Assembly: GCF_001194135.2 (NCBI RefSeq)
Contig: NC_068989.1
Coordinates: forward strand, 74,218,879 to 74,272,915
From: Octopus bimaculoides
Taxonomy: Eukaryota
DNA length: 54,037 bases
Reading direction: 5' to 3'
Position numbers and translations under genes: made by a program. Below, in pieces: positions 49,024-54,037 of this stretch. Under the pieces are notes generated by a model, which ran no database searches, was not told the origin of the DNA, and worked only from the letters and a program-made list of their open reading frames with translations. Positions within the stretch are counted from its first letter, which is position 1, and each line of letters begins with the position of its first letter.

Positions 49024-49925
49024 GGAGGAGGAGGTGGAGGAGGAGGAGGTGGAGGAGCAGGAAGCGAAGGACGAGGGAAGAGGAGGTGGAGGAAGAGAAG
49101 GTGGAGGAAGAGGAGGAGGAAGTGGAGGTGGAGGAAGAGGAGGAAGAGGAAGAGGAGGTGGAGGAAGGGGAGGAGGAGGAAGAGGAAGTGGAGGAGGAGG
49201 AAGAGGAGGNNNNNNNNNNNNNNNNNNNNNNNNNNNNNNNNNNNNNNNNNNNNNNNNNNNNNNNNNNNNNNNNNNNNNNNNNNNNNNNNNNNNNNNNNNN
49301 NNNNNNNNNNNNNNNNNNNNNNNNNNNNNNNNNNNNNNNNNNNNNNNNNNNNNNNNNNNNNNNNNNNNNNNNNNNNNNNNNNNNNNNNNNNNNNNNNNNN
49401 NNNNNNNNNNNNNNNNNNNNNNNNNNNNNNNNNNNNNNNNNNNNNNNNNNNNNNNNNNNNNNNNNNNNNNNNNNNNNNNNNNNNNNNNNNNNNNNNNNNN
49501 NNNNNNNNNNNNNNNNNNNNNNNNNNNNNNNNNNNNNNNNNNNNNNNNNNNNNNNNNNNNNNNNNNNNNNNNNNNNNNNNNNNNNNNNNNNNNNNNNNNN
49601 NNNNNNNNNNNNNNNNNNNNNNNNNNNNNNNNNNNNNNNNNNNNNNNNNNNNNNNNNNNNNNNNNNNNNNNNNNNNNNNNNNNNNNNNNNNNNNNNNNNN
49701 NNNNNNNNNNNNNNNNNNNNNNNNNNNNNNNNNNNNNNNNNNNNNNNNNNNNNNNNNNNNNNNNNNNNNNNNNNNNNNNNNNNNNNNNNNNNNNNNNNNN
49801 NNNNNNNNNNNNNNNNNNNNNNNNNNNNNNNNNNNNNNNNNNNNNNNNNNNNNNNNNNNNNNNNNNNNNNNNNNNNNNNNNNGGAAGAGGAGGTGGAGGA
49901 AGGGGAGGAGGAGGAAGAGGAAGGG
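49024..49925 (+). repeat. Purine-rich (GAG/GAA/GTG)n tract spanning a gap, followed by (CAG)n and (AAT)n
   Basis: Seen directly on both sides of the N run 49210-49882. Confidence 0.9.
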
Positions 49926-49947
49926 AATTATGATGATAACAAGAGTA

Positions 49948-49981
<34 letters not shown>

Positions 49982-50149
49982 TAATAATAGTGATAATAAT
50001 AATAATAATAATAATAACAACAAAATGTTTTCTAACTGATGTATCAATACCAACAGATTACAACGTTTCTCTAAAAGAAATGGGGAAATTTTCAAAATTC
50101 TAGGACCTGGAGATGGGGGTAATTCTAATGCGGAGTCTAAAAACAGAAA

Positions 50150-50465
50150 ATAGGTAATGGACGACAAGGTGAAGGCAAAAATCTTCTGGGACTTTGAGTT
50201 CCAGACAGACAAGGTATTAGAGTACCGAAAGCTGGATATATTAACCTTTAGGAGGAGCAAACAAGAGTGCCTAATAATTGACCCGGTAGTTAGTGCCAGG
50301 CGATCAACTTATTAACATGAACGAAAGAAAAATAGTTGATAAACATGGAGACCTAAGAATTGAGATGCTAAGATGTGGCAGCTACGTCAGTCAAACATAA
50401 GGTTACCCCTATTATCATCGGAGCATTGGGTTCCATACCACCCAATTTCAGAAAGCTTTTGAAAT
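50150..50465 (+). mobile_element. R4/Dong-like relic 2 (endonuclease domain only)
   Basis: AKIFWDFEFQTDKVLEYRKLDIL..ECLIID..VPGD..DKHGDLRIEM..PIIIGALGSIP. Confidence 0.82.
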
Positions 50466-50469
50466 CTTC

Positions 50470-51153
50470 TTGTCTCGGGGTATCCTGTGCTGATACCAAA
50501 TGAATACAAAAACCGCCACGATAGGGTTGGACAGTATTTACATTGGAAAAATACATAAACACTACAAAATTAGTACTCTTGCTTACTGGTATGAACATCA
50601 TCCTGAGCCAGTCGTTGAAGGTAAATATGTCACTGTCCTCTGGGATTTTCTAGTCAAGACCGACAGAACGATCCAGGCTAATGGACTAGACATAATCATC
50701 AAATACAAAGACGAAAATACATGTAGACTTATACATGTAAGTGTTACCACTGATAAATATATACTTGTAAAGGACCTTCATAAATTAAATATTGGGACCT
50801 GGAAATTGAAATACAAAAGTTGTGGCATTTTAAAGCGAGAACTGTTCCTATTAACGTGGGTGCCCTTGGTATGATAAGAAAGGGATGTCAGAAACATCTA
50901 GATAATATCCCAGGAGAACCATGTAGAATCATGTCTCTGAGAAATGCAAAAGATTGTGCTGACAAGTACAGCCCACATCCTTAGAAAGCCCTATCAGCTT
51001 AAATGTATGTGTTGTATTACATGAAGATATTTTGCTACTGCCCCTGCCACTTGCCCTCCCCAAGCTTTCAGTCATACTGTAATATCTCTTATCCTTCACT
51101 CGCCCTGGGTGTGCCTCGGTGAGTGATTGTAACAAACATGCAGATTAAAAGTA

Positions 51154-51210
<57 letters not shown>
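50470..51210 (+). mobile_element. R4/Dong-like relic 3 (endonuclease, stop codon, 3' UTR, (AAT)n tail)
   Basis: EYKNRHDRVGQYLHW, WYEHHPEPVVEGKYVTVLWDFLVKTDRTIQANGLDIII, VPINVGALG, QKIVLTSTAHILRKALSA*, then (AAT)n from 51154. Confidence 0.88.
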
Positions 51211-51377
51211 NNNNNNNNNNNNNNNNNNNNNNNNNNNNNNNNNNNNNNNNNNNNNNNNNNNNNNNNNNNNNNNNNNNNNNNNNNNNNNNNNNNNNNNNNN
51301 NNNNNNNNNNNNNNNNNNNNNNNNNNNNNNNNNNNNNNNNNNNNNNNNNNNNNNNNNNNNNNNNNNNNNNNNNNNNN

Positions 51378-51431
<54 letters not shown>

Positions 51432-51634
51432 TTATGTTTGACTTTTGTTTTGCATTTGTACAAATTGGATCCAAGTCTCACCCAGAGACCTCAGGAGACA
51501 ACAAGTTAGAAGTTCACACCTACATGAACTTCTAACTTGTTGTTTCTTTAGGTCTCTGGGTTGAGACTTGGATCCAACTTGTACAAATGCAAAACAAAAG
51601 TCAAACATAAAATAATAATAATAATAATAATAAT
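51378..51634. repeat. Fold-back palindrome: 86/87-bp unique arms plus (ATT)n/(AAT)n, 8-nt loop
   Basis: 51431-51516 is the reverse complement of 51525-51611 with 4 substitutions and 1 indel; loop CACCTACA at 51517-51524. Confidence 0.97.
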
Positions 51635-52864
51635 GGGTTCAAAATTAAAATCAAACGATAATAAAGTTACGACATCCAATACCTTATTGAAATTTACTGC
51701 ATCGTTTAAGAGTTACTCCGCATCAGACTTGAAATAAAGTAAAGCTGCTCATACGTTATTTATAGTAGGACGTCTTTCAGCAGAAATTAGTCCGAGCGAT
51801 ATTTTATAACAATGGAAAATAATCTCATTGCTGAGAATGCGTGATCCGTAAAAATCGTCGTGAAGTATGTAAAGATGCATGCACGTGTATAATTTTGAGC
51901 TGCATATTTTGAAAAGAAAACAACTAAAATTGTATTGTGTTACTATAAAATTTGACAGATGAAGAAAGAGAAAAAAAACTGAGTCACTGTAACTTAGGAG
52001 GTGTTTAAACGTTCAAATGCTGATGAGAGCTTTCTGATAAAGTGTAATAACATTTAAGGAAAGATTAATGCAAGGCTACAACTTCATAGCATTGGAGTGG
52101 CTTGGCTTATTCTCATCGTAATAATAGAAGGAAAACACGTTAAAATTCATCAAATATAAATTTGATATTGATAAACATCTTTCGTGTTTAAGAGGCTGCT
52201 GTTCATGGAATTGTTCCAGGTGATGAGACAATCAATGATGGACTTTACTTGAATGTCTTGAGGAGATAGAGCGAAGAAAGAGACTTGAATCAGGTGCAAT
52301 AAACAAAATCCTTATATTGTACCTCCTTATATTGTAACTGCTCAAGCATCATCCTATACGAGCTATATCTACAAAACAGAAACTCGCGATCCCTAGTACC
52401 CTCGGTTTATATCCCAACGGCCTTTCTCTCGCTCATTTTCTTGTTTTTTTCTGTTTTGTTTCCCACATTAGAAATTCATCCTGAAAGGACATCTATTTCT
52501 GAAGAAAAAAGTGAGCAGTGTAAATTCATAACGATAATTTCTTCCCCTGTAAACACCACCAATAGCAATAATCAAAATTTTAGAAAACGTTCAGAAAAAT
52601 GTGGTTTCGGATTGTAGCATTGCAGTGTTTCTCAAGAAATGTCTCGAATAAACAGGCAAAAACCAGGTAACAATTTAGAGCCTAGAAATTATTTTTTAGA
52701 CATAATTGCAGAGTTGTTATAATAGAGTTGTTGGAGTAGAATGTATCATAAATAAGAGGATAAGAATGTGTGCATATATANNNNNNNNNNNNNNNNNNNN
52801 NNNNNNNNNNNNNNNNNNNNNNNNNNNNNNNNNNNNNNNNNNNNNNNNNNNNNNNNNNNNNNNN

Positions 52865-52898
<34 letters not shown>

Positions 52899-52900
<2 letters not shown>

Positions 52901-53058
52901 TACTGACTTTTTTCAGTTTATATCTACCGAATACACTCTCAAGTCATTGGTCGGTATAGGACTATAGTAGAAGATACTTACCCCATTTGCCACGCAATAG
53001 CATCGGATTCAGAGCCATATACCTGGAGTAACAATTTTCTTACCACACAGCCAATCCT
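52899..53058 (-). mobile_element. SINE family C, 5' half, degenerate
   Basis: cagttt..ctaccgaatacactctcaag..ctatagtagaagatactt..gccacgca..cttaccacacagcca; its end matches the start of 23444-23713. Confidence 0.7.
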
Positions 53059-53919
53059 ACGTCTGTATTTATCTGAAGCTATTTCATGTTGCTTGATAAT
53101 ATAAAAACAGCAAGGTGCACAACATTAACTTGCACCACTTTAAGTAGTTCAGCAGAAGTCAGAGAAAGTCACTCTTTTTACCCTCTTTGAATACCTGATT
53201 TGTTGTGAAGCATGCGACGCTTTTTCTTTTTGTCTTTTAGACACTCTATTACAATCTAATTCTGCCAGCTCTAATTTTGTCACGTAATGTGCTAATGACT
53301 AAAACTGTTTTTACAATGTTTAACTCAGATTTTAGAAAGTGTTCATTTCTTTCAATATTCTCAGTTTGCAGTTTATTTCACATAGCTTTCACAAACAGTA
53401 TTGATTTACATTGAGTTGATAATCAGCAAATGACGGCGCTTCTGTACGTAAACTCTATATGCTAGAAACACCGACAAATCTTCCTCAGTTCACACACTAC
53501 AAAATTGCAAATGTATATGCAGACCGATAATATTGTAATGTATATTCAAAACGAAGGGTTAGTCAAGCTACATTGTTTTAAATCATAGGTCTCTTTCATT
53601 AGATTTGCAATTAGGCAACAACAATAAAACAATCAGCTTCTACATATCAGACTTGCCGAATAGGTTTCTTATTGTCTTGTCTATAATTTTCTGTCTATAA
53701 ACCGTAACACTTGTTTTCGCCATATTAATCTACTTCTGTAATCTTATAGTTTTCACCGTATTGTATTTTAATAACCTCATCAAATCACACGTGGACTGTA
53801 CAAGACCATTGTGTTTAACAAGGAGTAGAGTTTGGTTTGCAATTAAGGCTCGTGCGTTTAGCCATGAGAACGAGTATACTTATAACGGGACTATGTGAGT
53901 TGTTTTTTGTGTGGTGTGA

Positions 53920-54037
53920 TTTGGTGTGCGTGTGTGTGTTTGTGTGTGTTTGTGTGTGTGGTGTGTGCTTGCGTGTGTGTGTTTTTGTGTGTGTGTGTGT
54001 GTGTGTGCTTGCGTGTGTGTGTTTTTGTGTTTGTGTG
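53920..54037. repeat. Imperfect (TG)n microsatellite
   Basis: Seen directly. Confidence 0.95.

Noticed and set aside
49086-50039. Poly-Glu ORF as an acidic protein tail
   Set aside because: GAG/GAA repeat spanning a gap, embedded among LINE relics, with no splice support

Overview
Eukaryotic, AT-rich, repeat-dense window with many N gaps, most of them flanked by microsatellites. The repeat families look like those of an octopus genome; this is inference from recalled SINE/LINE motifs, not a database hit. I find no protein-coding gene I can name. Most ORFs in the supplied track are microsatellite translations or span gaps, and only a few weak candidate exons remain, so the window is probably intronic or intergenic. 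Supported content: (1) three families of tRNA-derived SINEs; (2) three mariner relics, a Tc1 5' end, a Chapaev3-like 3' end and a 536-bp hAT MITE with TIRs and an 8-bp TSD; (3) three same-strand R4/Dong-like LINE 3' fragments; (4) a 28-bp minisatellite; (5) Penelope-like ends carrying hammerhead-ribozyme-like motifs. The most notable items are a fold-back palindrome with ~110-bp arms built from two LINE-like 3' ends (51378-51634), variant-core hammerhead folds (20140-20187 and 5830-5887), and a (GATA)n array that seems to have grown out of LINE codons. I cannot show that any of these is a new biological system; all need testing.
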